Shown: piece after piece, positions 48,499-59,062 of the stretch
Position numbering within the stretch: position 1 is the first letter of the stretch
Layout: each line of letters starts with the position of its first letter
Origin: Candidatus Poseidoniaceae archaeon
GTDB lineage: Archaea > Thermoplasmatota > Poseidoniia > Poseidoniales > Poseidoniaceae
Assembly: GCA_028356125.1 (NCBI GenBank)
Contig: JAOMTZ010000006.1
Coordinates: 3,350 to 67,349 of the forward strand
Length of the DNA stretch: 64,000 nucleotides
Reading direction: 5' to 3'
Notes under the pieces: generated by a model
What the model saw: the letters and a program-made list of their open reading frames with translations, nothing else
Told to the model about the DNA's origin: nothing
The model's database searches: none
Position numbers and translations under genes: made by a program

Positions 48499-50583
48499 GT
48501 GGATGGTGTTTATCTTACTTGGCTGATTTCTGCATTAGCCGTAGGAGTATTGCTAATGCCAGTGATTAAGCCACCTTGGGCTAAGGTCACTTTACACGGT
48601 TTCATCGACTTCCTGCGCCGTTATTGGCTGCACTTCGGAATAGTTCTTAGTATCTATAATGCTAAGGATTTCCTCGATGAAGTAGACCGTATTTTGATGG
48701 CAAATACAGATGGTATGCTGAATATGACTCCTTGGATTTATGCTATTGAAGGAGATATGGCATTGTGGGTCCAAGAAACATTCAGAGCAGACTGGTTGAC
48801 CGATTTCATGACACATTTCTATGTGGTAGGATTCATGGTAATCTGTTATGTCTCGATTTTCTACTTTGCATATTTCGATGACAGATATATTGCAGACAGA
48901 ATCACTTTGACCATTTTCTGGGTGTATGTCCTCGCGATACCATTCTATCTATTCTTCAATGTCCATGTGACGGGTAATTACATTCCTGGAATGGAAACTC
49001 TTGCCTACAACCACACTCCTGAGATCAATGACTGGTTCCACCGTATTGACCCGTTAACAAATGGGATGCCAAGTTTGCATATTGGATTCCCATTTGCAGT
49101 TTGGTTGTGTTTACTCCGATTTGATACCGACGAAAGATGGATAATTTATCGTCGAATTGTATTCGCTTATGTTTTACTGACAGCATTTTGTATTCTTTAC
49201 CTTGGGATACACTGGTTCATGGATATCATTGGAGGAATGATTGTTGCTGCTATCGCAGTTAGTATTGCCAACAAGATGTCAGATCCAATGTGGAGAATAT
49301 TTGATGAAAGAACTATCAATGCAAGACTTGCAACAGTTCTGACAAACCCGAAAAGAGCTTACAACGTGATTATGTCGAATGCTAAAGAGCAGTTTTCTCG
49401 ATATAGCAAGCCGTCAAGTAAAGAGACGGGTGTAATGATAACTGTTGTGATGATTCTTGTTGCGGGAGTAATTACCTGGGATTTGACCCACCAATCGATA
49501 CCTGCAGGAGGAGTTGACGCTCCAGTGGGCGTTGCTGCTGCTGATGGGTGGTTAGTAACACTTGATGAAAAATTGGATGGCGCTATAGTAGTAGTTCACG
49601 ATTTATCTGATTTAGATTCTGAAATAGTGGTCGTTCAACCAATTCTTGATGCAAATTCAACATATGACATTCAGGGTGATTTATTGATAATGGCCAATCA
49701 AACTAATTTGATGTTAGTAAATATGAAAGATCCATACACAATACAAACCACGATTGAAGTTTCATCTCCAAGCGCCGTTGAGTTCGTTTCAGATGACCGT
49801 TTGATGATTCTAGAAGATGGTCAAATCTCCTATTGGTCTTACGAGGGAATTGAGATGGATGGGCCGACCGCAGCTGAGGGAGATTCGATATTGGTGTTTG
49901 AATCAAGCGGTGATCAAATTGCTATGGTGTTTGCAAGTGATGCCGACACGATACACCTTGGAATTATTGACGGTGAGGGGTTGATTTCAATCTCTCTTAA
50001 CGCTACAGCCGGTGTCGGTGAAGATCAAATTCTAATCGATTCAGGATTCAATGTTGATTTGCTGAATGCATCAATCACCAGTGTGGCATTATTTGAGGAT
50101 AAATTAGCTGCAACTATTGATGTTAATGCAACTTCAAGACTGATGTTACTCGATACCGTTACAGGAGATAGCGAGATTATTTCTGACCCGAAATATGCGG
50201 CTTACGACCCTCACATGGATTATGGCGTTTTGATGTTCTCTGCTTACGCAAATATCGACCCTGCTAATGCCTCTGAGAAATATACTGACAGAGAGATTTA
50301 CATTTACGACATTGATTCTGAAATTCTTAAACCCCTTACAGCGGATGAGTTAGACCAATGGGCACCGATGGTTTTGAAAGACCATTATGTGTATCAACAA
50401 GCAGACGAAGATGGAGTCATAAGCGTTGAAGTCCAACCAAAAGAACCTAGCCTTCAACCCTATGCTTCGAATATTTTGAAGATAGGTGTGATATTGACAA
50501 TAGCGCTAATATTCGTCAATATAATGCAGAGGCAAAGAGAGTCTCACAAGGTCATCCACCATGATAACGAACACGTTTCATGA
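48499..50583 (+). CDS. PAP2/Aur1 (inositol-phosphorylceramide synthase-like) membrane enzyme fused to extracellular beta-rich domain
   Basis: NGMPSLHIG and LYLGIHWFMDIIGG catalytic motifs, then a TM, about 330 aa acidic propeller-like region and a C-terminal TM. Confidence 0.8.
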   Translation: MDGVYLTWLISALAVGVLLMPVIKPPWAKVTLHGFIDFLRRYWLHFGIVLSIYNAKDFLDEVDRILMANTDGMLNMTPWIYAIEGDMALWVQETFRADWLTDFMTHFYVVGFMVICYVSIFYFAYFDDRYIADRITLTIFWVYVLAIPFYLFFNVHVTGNYIPGMETLAYNHTPEINDWFHRIDPLTNGMPSLHIGFPFAVWLCLLRFDTDERWIIYRRIVFAYVLLTAFCILYLGIHWFMDIIGGMIVAAIAVSIANKMSDPMWRIFDERTINARLATVLTNPKRAYNVIMSNAKEQFSRYSKPSSKETGVMITVVMILVAGVITWDLTHQSIPAGGVDAPVGVAAADGWLVTLDEKLDGAIVVVHDLSDLDSEIVVVQPILDANSTYDIQGDLLIMANQTNLMLVNMKDPYTIQTTIEVSSPSAVEFVSDDRLMILEDGQISYWSYEGIEMDGPTAAEGDSILVFESSGDQIAMVFASDADTIHLGIIDGEGLISISLNATAGVGEDQILIDSGFNVDLLNASITSVALFEDKLAATIDVNATSRLMLLDTVTGDSEIISDPKYAAYDPHMDYGVLMFSAYANIDPANASEKYTDREIYIYDIDSEILKPLTADELDQWAPMVLKDHYVYQQADEDGVISVEVQPKEPSLQPYASNILKIGVILTIALIFVNIMQRQRESHKVIHHDNEHVS

Positions 50584-51229
50584 TTTGCTCAAGGCGTTTC
50601 AACACATCCTTTGCACTAGGTGGCTGTCCTCCTGGCGCCTCTGGTGCTTTTCCTAATTCATTGTCTAAGTCGAGATATCCTTCTAAGACATCATCCATCG
50701 CATTCTCAATATCTGGATGGCTGGCCCTGAGTATTTCGTGAAGTACATGCAGGTCTATGCCTAGGCCCTCCAATTCATATTCTCTAGTAGCCAGCCCTAA
50801 ATCGATTAGGATTGCTTCACCTTCATCAGTAATAAGAATATTATTTGTCGATAAATCTCCGTGATTTACAGCGTTACGGTGGAAAAACCTGATCGCCCTG
50901 CCGACTTTATTCAGCAGATTATTGTCATATATTCCAGATCGTAATACTTCAATTAAAGGTCTCCCGTCAATTTTTTCCATAATTATCGATGCTTCATCCA
51001 AGTCAACATCCCATATTGCAGGTACAGGTGCTCCTTTCTCGGCTAACCAAATGGTTAATTTTATCTCATTTGTCATTCGTTTCGAAGTTAGAGATTTGTC
51101 TAAATCTGGATGACGCCATCCTCTCTGACGTCGCTTTTTGAGAATAGCGGGCCTGCCGTACCAAGAGCCTGAAATCACCTCGGCTTCAGCGCCGAGGTGT
51201 AGCCTTTCGCCGCCAACCCATGCTTGCAT
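50552..51229 (-). CDS. bud32: KEOPS complex kinase Bud32
   Basis: GAEAEV, KKR...WRHPDLD..L...RM..E, HGDLSTNNI, IDLGL and VDL-like IDLHVL. Confidence 0.92.
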   Translation of the reverse strand: MQAWVGGERLHLGAEAEVISGSWYGRPAILKKRRQRGWRHPDLDKSLTSKRMTNEIKLTIWLAEKGAPVPAIWDVDLDEASIIMEKIDGRPLIEVLRSGIYDNNLLNKVGRAIRFFHRNAVNHGDLSTNNILITDEGEAILIDLGLATREYELEGLGIDLHVLHEILRASHPDIENAMDDVLEGYLDLDNELGKAPEAPGGQPPSAKDVLKRLEQIMKRVRYHGG

Positions 51230-51293
51230 TGTATTAACGGGAGCAGTGCATGGTTGAAAAAGGAGTACCTGTACCGATGGTTGAGGCTCAACC

Positions 51294-52424
51294 ATGACCA
51301 TGTCATTGCCCATGTGCGCCATCGACTTCACAAATGATGAGATGGGGCCTGAGGAAGCAGCAATCGCAGACAGGATTGCTGAACTGAAAGAACAGATGGG
51401 CGAAGATTTGCTTATTCTTGGCCATCACTACCAAAGAGACCAGATTGTGATGCATGCGGACCTGCTGGGTGACTCTTTTCTATTATCGGAATTAGCAGCT
51501 CAATCAAAAGCAAAGAACATCATATTTTGTGGTGTTCACTTCATGGCAGAGTCGGCAGATATTCTTACTTCAGACGAACAGAATGTTATCTTGCCTAACA
51601 TGCGTGCAGGATGTTCGATGGCAGATATGGCTGCATTAGATGAAGTTGAAATTGCTTGGGAAGATATTCTTGAGCGTTCAGGTTTGAGTGACCCCGCTAC
51701 TGCAAAAGAAGGAGATTCATGTTTGATTCCTGTAACCTACATGAACAGTGCAGCAGAGTTGAAAGATTTCTGTGGCAGGCATGGAGGGATTGTTTGTACT
51801 TCTTCCAATGCTGCCGGAATACTACAATGGGCCTATGATCGTGCAGGACCTAATGGCGCAGTACTCTTTTTCCCAGACCAACACTTAGGTCGAAACACTG
51901 GCGTTTCAATGGGTATTTCTCTGGAACAGATGGCTGTTTGGACTCCTGGACAAGAGAATATTTTACCTGAGGATTTGAAGATAGTTCTTTGGCACGGTTT
52001 CTGTTCGGTTCACAAGAGATTCACAGTTTCTCAAATCGACTCTTTTCGCGAATCTAATCCTGGTGGCCTGGTAGTAGTTCACCCGGAATGCCCGATGGAA
52101 GTTGTTCAAGCAGCAGATGCCAATGGAAGTACAGAGTTTATCCGCAGATATGTTGCCGAGCAGAAGCCAGGAACAAAAATAGCAGTCGGTACTGAAATTA
52201 ACATGGTTGCAAGACTAGATGCTACGCATGAAGACTTGGACATTCAATGCCTTGAGCCAACAGTTTGTCCTTGTTCAACAATGTACATGATACACCCTGC
52301 TTATCTGATGGATGTATTGGAAAGGTTGGCAGATGGCGAAGTTCCAAATCAAGTAAAGGTAGAGAAGTCGGTTCAGAAAGGTGCTAAGCTAGCACTTGAA
52401 AGAATGCTTTCAATCAAGCAGTAG
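51294..52424 (+). CDS. nadA: Quinolinate synthase
   Basis: LGHHYQ, FCGVHFMAESA, AGCSMA, YMNS, FPDQHLG, GFCSVH, HPEC, GTE and CPCSTM. Confidence 0.96.
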   Translation: MTMSLPMCAIDFTNDEMGPEEAAIADRIAELKEQMGEDLLILGHHYQRDQIVMHADLLGDSFLLSELAAQSKAKNIIFCGVHFMAESADILTSDEQNVILPNMRAGCSMADMAALDEVEIAWEDILERSGLSDPATAKEGDSCLIPVTYMNSAAELKDFCGRHGGIVCTSSNAAGILQWAYDRAGPNGAVLFFPDQHLGRNTGVSMGISLEQMAVWTPGQENILPEDLKIVLWHGFCSVHKRFTVSQIDSFRESNPGGLVVVHPECPMEVVQAADANGSTEFIRRYVAEQKPGTKIAVGTEINMVARLDATHEDLDIQCLEPTVCPCSTMYMIHPAYLMDVLERLADGEVPNQVKVEKSVQKGAKLALERMLSIKQ

Positions 52425-52767
52425 TTTCTATTGCCTTCCAGCCAGCATAGGCTAGAAGTGGACATAGAATCGCCGTGATTAATACATAACCAACTGCTTT
52501 AGTTCGATCATCTCCCCACATTTCAACAGTCTCCAATGAGAATGCGGACATAGTAGTAAATGCACCCAGAATCCCCGTTCCCAGCAACAAAGTCATCTCT
52601 TTGGATATCATTTCGTTAGCCAGTGCTGCCATACATATGCCTAGAAGAAGCGAGCCAACGGCATTTACAATCAAAGTTGCTTGAGGGGTTCCAGCCCATT
52701 CAGAAACTGCGAAACGTAGTGTTGCGCCGATTGCACCGCCGATTGCGACTGCCAAATATGAATTCAC
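52414..52767 (-). CDS. crcB: Fluoride efflux channel CrcB/Fluc
   Basis: GGAIGATLR, TLIVNAVGS and GTGILGAFTTMSAFSLE. Confidence 0.93.
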   Translation of the reverse strand: MNSYLAVAIGGAIGATLRFAVSEWAGTPQATLIVNAVGSLLLGICMAALANEMISKEMTLLLGTGILGAFTTMSAFSLETVEMWGDDRTKAVGYVLITAILCPLLAYAGWKAIETTA

Positions 52768-52832
52768 GAAACCCTCTCATTTGCCCAACTCTATCAATCA
52801 TCCTCAAATGCCATACACTACAGGGCCCATTC

Positions 52833-53477
52833 ATGACATTATGGTTCATGACCACAAACGAAGGTAAAGTTGCTGAAGCAAGAGAGCATTTTTCTCACTT
52901 CGGAATACCTGTTAGGCAGTTTGAATTTGAAGCGACAGAACCTCAAGCAGACGATCTAGAAATCGTTGCTCTTTCTAAATTGGAACAGGCTATACCTCAT
53001 CTTCCAGAGCCTGATGACATGCTTCTTGTGGAAGATGCGGGCCTTTTCATTGATTCATTGAATGGCTTTCCCGGTGTTTATTCATCCTATGTGCTCGAGA
53101 CATTAGGTGTTCAAGGAGTTCTTACTTTGATGAAACATTTAGAGAGTAAAGACCCTATCCAAGATGGAAATTTAAGAAGTGCAGAATTTAGAGCAGTCGC
53201 TGCACTATATCACAACGGTGAGACAACAGTTGCAGAAGGAGTCTGTCCTGGAAGAATATCTCACAGTTCTGTCGAAGGTGAAGGGTTTGGCTTCGACCCA
53301 ATCTTCATCCCAGCGGATTTGGATGCCGATGGAGAGGCGTTACCTGTTGGGGAGATGGGTGATAGAAGCACTCACGGGACTCCATTTGGTGGTATCACTA
53401 TGGAAGAAAAGCAACACTATTCTCATCGACGTAGAGCACTATCCAGTCTTTTATCACACCTCGACATTCGAGGGTGA
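52833..53477 (+). CDS. Non-canonical purine NTP pyrophosphatase (RdgB/HAM1)
   Basis: TTNEGKVAE, EDAGL..LNGFPGVYS, GFGFDPIF and EK..YSHRRRA. Confidence 0.94.
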   Translation: MTLWFMTTNEGKVAEAREHFSHFGIPVRQFEFEATEPQADDLEIVALSKLEQAIPHLPEPDDMLLVEDAGLFIDSLNGFPGVYSSYVLETLGVQGVLTLMKHLESKDPIQDGNLRSAEFRAVAALYHNGETTVAEGVCPGRISHSSVEGEGFGFDPIFIPADLDADGEALPVGEMGDRSTHGTPFGGITMEEKQHYSHRRRALSSLLSHLDIRG

Positions 53478-53507
53478 GATTCTTGTGTGTGAGCGTTTTG
53501 GAGTGAG

Positions 53508-54404
53508 GTGAGCAGCATGAATATGTCCAGACTTGTCGTGTTACTCTTACTCGTAGGAGATATCATTGTCTTCTTCACGATGCAGAGCGATTTTGACGAA
53601 AATGGACGCTGGGCAATAGTTGGCAGTATCCTTCTTTTGGCAATCATATGGGTTTACTTGGGAGATAGTCCTCAAAAAGAGCAACCTGTAAGAAAAGCTC
53701 GCCCTGTGGCTGCCAGTTCAACTTCCAGTTCCGAAGGTTCTGTAGATATTCCCGAAATAGTTGTTTTAGATGAAATGGATGGAGCCTCATTACGAGAAAG
53801 AAAGATGGCTAAAGTAGCAGCTAGCAAATATGTCGAAGATGAAGACATGGTGCAAGTAGATCCAGATGATGATCTGGAAGAGATTTCAGTTACCATCGAA
53901 GAAGTCCATGTAGCGGATGAGTTCGTTGTAGAAGTCTCACCGCAATCTATTGAAGATGCGAATATAGCAGCTCATATTCAAAACAAGAAAGAACAGCATG
54001 ACCGAATTCGTGTTCGAATAGAAGAGCGTAGAAGGGGACAGATGGCTGAAATCAGAGCATCTACAGCAAAGATGTGGGAAGAGCATAGTGCTGGAGAAGA
54101 TTTGGTTGGGTTAATCCAAAGCGAAAGGCATGGTCACGAAATCTTGGTTGAACCCGCCACTGCCGAAGCAGGTCACGTTTACGGAGCCACACTCGTTAGA
54201 ATCAATGATTCAACAATTCTCAAACTCAGAGTTCCATTAGACTCCGGTTATGTCGCAGTAGAAAGTGCGAGGGACAATACAGAACTCCCAACCATTCCGT
54301 TGGGGGTACCATCTCCTTCTGAACTGGGACTGCCTGAACTTCCACCACCGCCTGGAGCATCAGGAGCGCTGGCTGCATTGAAAGATGAGATGTCCCAAGA
54401 TTGA
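53508..54404 (+). CDS. Hypothetical membrane protein with acidic/coiled-coil cytoplasmic domain
   Basis: Two N-terminal TMs, an acidic region, a coiled coil and a Pro-rich C-terminus. Confidence 0.7.
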   Translation: MSSMNMSRLVVLLLLVGDIIVFFTMQSDFDENGRWAIVGSILLLAIIWVYLGDSPQKEQPVRKARPVAASSTSSSEGSVDIPEIVVLDEMDGASLRERKMAKVAASKYVEDEDMVQVDPDDDLEEISVTIEEVHVADEFVVEVSPQSIEDANIAAHIQNKKEQHDRIRVRIEERRRGQMAEIRASTAKMWEEHSAGEDLVGLIQSERHGHEILVEPATAEAGHVYGATLVRINDSTILKLRVPLDSGYVAVESARDNTELPTIPLGVPSPSELGLPELPPPPGASGALAALKDEMSQD

Positions 54405-55123
54405 GGCTTTTGATGCAAATAATTGCTGAAAAATCAACCACCGATAAGAGGCTGGCTCTGTACGGGCTTATTTTGGTAGCAATCGCACCAACGATTTCAG
54501 TTACTACTGGGTTTGTTTTGAAAGCAGGAATTCTAGCAATATTTGTCTTTATATTCACAAAATTATGGATGTTTGGCTTACCTGCATTTTGGTATCTCAA
54601 AGTTGAGAATGGAGAGAAGTCAACCTCTCTTCCTAAAATGGGGGGATGGTTAGTATCTACACTACTTGGCATTGGAATGGCCGTAACTATTTTTCTAGTG
54701 TATTTTCTGCTGGGAGATTTGGTCTTATCGAGTGAAGATTTGACACTTATTCTGGAACCATTTGGATTAACTGTCCCATGGAAGTTGGCTATTGCAATTA
54801 TATTCTGGATTTTTATCAACTCAGTACTTGAAGAATACGTTTTTCGCTGGTTCATAACTTCAAAAGTCGAACAATTAGTTGGGGGGAAATGGCCTCCAAT
54901 ACTAATCTCCGCAGCCATATTTACGGTTCATCATACGATTGCAATGGCTTATTTCATCGAACCATTGGGTAATCTACTTGCTTCAATCGGAGTATTCACA
55001 GGTGGTGTAATATTTTCTTGGATCTATGTCCAATACCGCAGTGTTTGGGTTGCGTGGGTCGCTCATGCAATTGCCGATGTAGCAATATTCGTAATCACTT
55101 GGCAAATAATTGTAGGGTTCTAG
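54401..55123 (+). CDS. CPBP (CAAX/Abi) family intramembrane metalloprotease
   Basis: EEYVFRW, FTVHH and WVAHAIAD. Confidence 0.88.
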   Translation: MRLLMQIIAEKSTTDKRLALYGLILVAIAPTISVTTGFVLKAGILAIFVFIFTKLWMFGLPAFWYLKVENGEKSTSLPKMGGWLVSTLLGIGMAVTIFLVYFLLGDLVLSSEDLTLILEPFGLTVPWKLAIAIIFWIFINSVLEEYVFRWFITSKVEQLVGGKWPPILISAAIFTVHHTIAMAYFIEPLGNLLASIGVFTGGVIFSWIYVQYRSVWVAWVAHAIADVAIFVITWQIIVGF

Positions 55124-55948
55124 TCACTTATGGACCCATTTAGGTTCACTTCGTTCGAGAAATGCTTTGACACCTATTTCTTTGTCTTCAGTATCGAATA
55201 GGTTTGCGAATGCAAGTGCTTCAATTTTTACTCCTTCAGTCAAACCGTTATCCAAGGCTGCACGGATTGTTTTCTTTGCAACTCTAAGTGTATGCATTGA
55301 TTTTCCTGCGATTGTTTGTGCTAGTGACATAGTTGTGTCTAGTAATTCTTCAGGAGTGCACAATTGGTTAACTATTCCTAGGCGATGAGCCTCTTCAGCA
55401 CCAACATTATTCCCGGTCATCATCATTTCCATTGCTTTTCCATAACCGACCAAATTAACCAGCCTCTGGGTTCCACCATATCCTGGAATTAACCCCAATT
55501 TGATTTCTGGAGTGCCGAATATAGCCCTAGTGCTTGCAATTCTAATGTCGCAAGAGCATGCAACTTCACAGCCTCCGCCCAATGCAAAACCATCGACCAT
55601 TGCGATTGTGGGTTTTGACAGGTTCCAAATGGCTTCGATTGCGTTATCTGTGAACAATTCAAGGATATACTCAGAGCCCTTTCCAACGAATTCTGTGATG
55701 TCGGCACCTGCAACAAATGCGTTTGGTTTGGCGCGCTTACCTTCTGGTGCAGGGTTTGGCCCAGCACCTGTAATTACGACACATCTAACAGAATCATTAT
55801 TTTCAGCCCATTCGCACATTTCTTTCAGCGCAGAACCGACATCTTGGTTTAGTGCATTCAACTTATCTGGTCGATTGATAGTGACTTTAGCAATAACTCC
55901 ATCTCCGCTCTCACAAGGGATTTCATCGATGATTACAACTTCGCTCAT
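55124..55948 (-). CDS. Enoyl-CoA hydratase (crotonase)
   Basis: INRPDKLNALN, AFVAGADI, GFALGGGCE and PEIKLGLIPGYGGTQRL. Confidence 0.93.
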   Translation of the reverse strand: MSEVVIIDEIPCESGDGVIAKVTINRPDKLNALNQDVGSALKEMCEWAENNDSVRCVVITGAGPNPAPEGKRAKPNAFVAGADITEFVGKGSEYILELFTDNAIEAIWNLSKPTIAMVDGFALGGGCEVACSCDIRIASTRAIFGTPEIKLGLIPGYGGTQRLVNLVGYGKAMEMMMTGNNVGAEEAHRLGIVNQLCTPEELLDTTMSLAQTIAGKSMHTLRVAKKTIRAALDNGLTEGVKIEALAFANLFDTEDKEIGVKAFLERSEPKWVHK

Positions 55949-56021
55949 ACCACCTCCGAGAAAGTCATAGCAAATCAATCCTTAAGCACACATTGAAGTT
56001 CGTGAGGCCCTCCCTAAGTAT

Positions 56022-56801
56022 ATGTCCGCCAACGAAGAGTCCTTGGTTGTAGCAAAGGATTTGGGTAAGCGATACGGTGATTTCGTAGCCTTACACCCAC
56101 TCAACGTCAAGGTAAGTTCCGGAGAATTTTTCGGAGTATTTGGGCCGAATGGGGCGGGTAAATCCACATTCATTAAATTACTAACTGGGCAACTGCGACC
56201 TAGTATTGGTGCTGTTGAGGTTTTAGGAATAGATGCCGCTAAAGACCCTCAAAAACTCAAAGCCAATATTGGAATCGTTCCAGAGTCAGAGTCTCCGCCC
56301 TCATATCTAACCCCTAGTGAGTTTTTGCAATTCGTTGGCAAATTGCGTGGAGTCGATGACTTGGACCAGAAAGTCGAACATTGGATGGATTGGTTTGGTT
56401 TACAAGAAAAGCGTGACACTATGTGCAAAGACTTGTCAAAGGGTCAAAGGCAAAAAGTGATGTTAGCATCAGCATTTATTCACGAGCCAAGGTTATTATT
56501 TTTGGATGAACCATTCGCCAATCTTGATCCCATCTATCAGAGGAAATGCCGTCAATGGTTGCTTGATATGGTTGCCGGAGGGGGAACCATTTTCCTATGT
56601 TCTCACGTTTTAGAAATGGCAGAAAGAATGTGCAATCGTATGGCTATTATCAACAATGGAAAGGTATTAGCTGCAGGAACCGTGAAGGGACTTAAAGAAT
56701 CAGAAAGTGAAACATTAGAAGATGTTTTCATACGGCTGGTTGGTCATTCAATTCAAGAAGCAGAGAGATTAAGCGATGAAGGTGTGAACGAGGAGGAATA
56801 A
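56022..56801 (+). CDS. ABC transporter ATP-binding protein
   Basis: GPNGAGKST, LSKGQRQK, LFLDEP and CSH. Confidence 0.95.
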   Translation: MSANEESLVVAKDLGKRYGDFVALHPLNVKVSSGEFFGVFGPNGAGKSTFIKLLTGQLRPSIGAVEVLGIDAAKDPQKLKANIGIVPESESPPSYLTPSEFLQFVGKLRGVDDLDQKVEHWMDWFGLQEKRDTMCKDLSKGQRQKVMLASAFIHEPRLLFLDEPFANLDPIYQRKCRQWLLDMVAGGGTIFLCSHVLEMAERMCNRMAIINNGKVLAAGTVKGLKESESETLEDVFIRLVGHSIQEAERLSDEGVNEEE

Positions 56802-56803
56802 CT

Positions 56804-58498
56804 TTGTCTGCATCGATTAGCAGTAGAGATTGGTCTGAAGTGACAGACCAATCACTCCCCGAATCACTTGGTTCAGGTGGAGGTATTGATTTGCATAACC
56901 CCCTTGTAGGCTGGAAAGCATTCTCTGCAACTTTCAAAGTAATGTTTGTTGAAGAATTTAGGGAGAACCTGGATTTTGCAAAGAAAAGAAGAATCCTTCT
57001 ATTTCCTTTACTGGTAGCATTAGTGACAATGGTTGCTACAATCGGACTCCAGTTCTTAGTGGGGGAAGGTGCGGCTCAAGGAGCAGACTCATTGTCTGAT
57101 TCGAAGTCATTTTCTTGGGGAGACATGCGCATAGCTCTCCATCTACCATTGTTATTGTTTAGTTTAGGGATGGGATCATTCGCCTTCTTAGGTCGCGAGA
57201 AAGTTCTAGCAAGGACTGGGACCAAGAATTACATTTTGGCATCTCCTGCTCTACAACCTTTGACTAACCCTACTGCACATTTTGCTTACTACATGAAGGA
57301 TTTATCCTACTACGTAATGCTAATTCTGACTCCGGTAATTACCGGAATGGGTGTCGGGATTTTACTGGAGAGTTTCACCAATGTTAGCACGCCTCTAGAG
57401 TTCAGCAGTTTGCCTCGGACATGGATTGCAATGGTTGTAACATTGGCTCAAGGATTGGCTTTCTCATTCATAGCCTCATCTCTGTGGCTGCTTGGTGGCT
57501 GGGTAAGCCGCGTCACACCATTGGCAGTGATTGGGCTCGGGACTACAATTGGGCTTGGCATTATACCTAGAGAATATTTCCTCTGGGGGCTTGCAACACA
57601 GCAACCGGGTGGTATTCTATTGGCCGTTCCTGCCTTAGCAGTTTCAGTACTACTCGCTTGGATAGCATCGCAATTAATATTGGACGATTTCGAAGTAAAA
57701 GTCGTTTCAAAGAAAGAAATATTCCTTCCTGCATGGAATCGTTTAGGCTTCTTAGGAAACGGCCCTCTGAGATTACTAGTGGCAAAGGAAGCAGTAGATT
57801 TGATACGTTCAGGTTCATTGAAGAAAATGACAGTATCCTACTCTGTGCCTCTAGTCGTTCTCTTGCTAATGGCTTGGTTAGTTGACTTTGCAGAAGCGCC
57901 TATCCCAATCAATCTGCTCTCCTACGCTCCATTTTTGGGATTCTTTGGTTTCAACTTTTATTCATGGCTAACCGCGTTAGACTCTCCCGAACACATGAAT
58001 GGATTGCCTCTCAGTGTCCCTCAATTGATTAGAGCCAAAGTGACAGTGTATTTCCTAGCAACAACATGGATCTCTGTGATATTCCTATGTTTGATGGCTT
58101 GGAAGTTAGATGAATGGGCTGTTCTACCAGTTGGCTTAATCGTAATGATTGCGAATAGCATTTACATTGTTTGTCTAACAGCCTTCTTGATGGGTTTGGC
58201 TCCTAATAAAGCGATATTCGATGCTAAAATAATGACCTGGTTTTGGATAGGAACAGTAATTCCTCTACTTTCTTTATTCTTGCTTTCATTCACTCAAGGG
58301 GACGTATCATTTTACGAGAATTGGGCTGACCAAGTTGGCGATAGTGGATTGCAAGCAGAAGCTGTTGATTTCGACAATGCTAAAATGGCTGCAGGTTTCA
58401 AAGGTATTCTTTGGGTAAGTGTTGGCTTGGTGGGTGCTTCAATTATCTTGATGAAACTACTTGACCGCAAATGGGGAAGGGCAGAGTTCAACAATTGA
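56804..58498 (+). CDS. Putative ABC exporter permease (multi-pass membrane protein)
   Basis: About 12 TM segments, directly downstream of the ABC ATPase gene. Confidence 0.7.
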   Translation: MSASISSRDWSEVTDQSLPESLGSGGGIDLHNPLVGWKAFSATFKVMFVEEFRENLDFAKKRRILLFPLLVALVTMVATIGLQFLVGEGAAQGADSLSDSKSFSWGDMRIALHLPLLLFSLGMGSFAFLGREKVLARTGTKNYILASPALQPLTNPTAHFAYYMKDLSYYVMLILTPVITGMGVGILLESFTNVSTPLEFSSLPRTWIAMVVTLAQGLAFSFIASSLWLLGGWVSRVTPLAVIGLGTTIGLGIIPREYFLWGLATQQPGGILLAVPALAVSVLLAWIASQLILDDFEVKVVSKKEIFLPAWNRLGFLGNGPLRLLVAKEAVDLIRSGSLKKMTVSYSVPLVVLLLMAWLVDFAEAPIPINLLSYAPFLGFFGFNFYSWLTALDSPEHMNGLPLSVPQLIRAKVTVYFLATTWISVIFLCLMAWKLDEWAVLPVGLIVMIANSIYIVCLTAFLMGLAPNKAIFDAKIMTWFWIGTVIPLLSLFLLSFTQGDVSFYENWADQVGDSGLQAEAVDFDNAKMAAGFKGILWVSVGLVGASIILMKLLDRKWGRAEFNN

Positions 58499-58516
58499 AA
58501 CCTTCCCGTTGCTAAT

Positions 58517-59062
58517 ATGGGACTCGTAATTGCAGTCAGCGGACTGCCTGCTGCTGGCAAAGGAGAGTTCGCAGCGATACTGGAATCTAGAGGCATTCCT
58601 GTCCGTTCAATGGGAGACATGGTTAGAGCTGAAGTCCGAGCACGAGGGATACCAGAGGCCCCACAAGTGTTTGGGGAAATCGCTACCAAATTGCGTGCTG
58701 AACATGGAGATGATGTGTTGGCGCATCGATTGACTGAGGCAGTGAATCATTTGTTGATAGATAATCCAATAGTCTTGATTGAAGGATTGAGGGGGACCGC
58801 TGAAAGAGAAGTTTTCGTAGATAGTTGGAACGACAAGTTCCTAGTTGTCGCTGTTACTGCATCTAAATCGTTGAGGTTCGAGAGAGTCCAATCCAGAGCA
58901 CGTTCCGAAGATGGCGATTTGTCCGATCTGGAAAAAAGAGACGCCAGAGAGGCGGGTTGGGGACTTGATGTTATCATTGCTGAAGCCGATATTACATTTC
59001 CAAATGAATCCAATCTCGAGGACTTAGAATCCAGTGTTTCGGCTTGGCTCAATACTCTGTGA
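58517..59062 (+). CDS. P-loop nucleoside/nucleotide kinase (archaeal dephospho-CoA-kinase-like, UPF0200)
   Basis: IAVSGLPAAGKG, SMGDMVR, IEGLRG and RFERVQSRAR.ED...RDARE.GWG. Confidence 0.82.
   Translation: MGLVIAVSGLPAAGKGEFAAILESRGIPVRSMGDMVRAEVRARGIPEAPQVFGEIATKLRAEHGDDVLAHRLTEAVNHLLIDNPIVLIEGLRGTAEREVFVDSWNDKFLVVAVTASKSLRFERVQSRARSEDGDLSDLEKRDAREAGWGLDVIIAEADITFPNESNLEDLESSVSAWLNTL

Noticed and set aside
54226-54918. 230-aa minus-strand ORF
   Set aside because: It overlaps two supported plus-strand genes and has no motifs.
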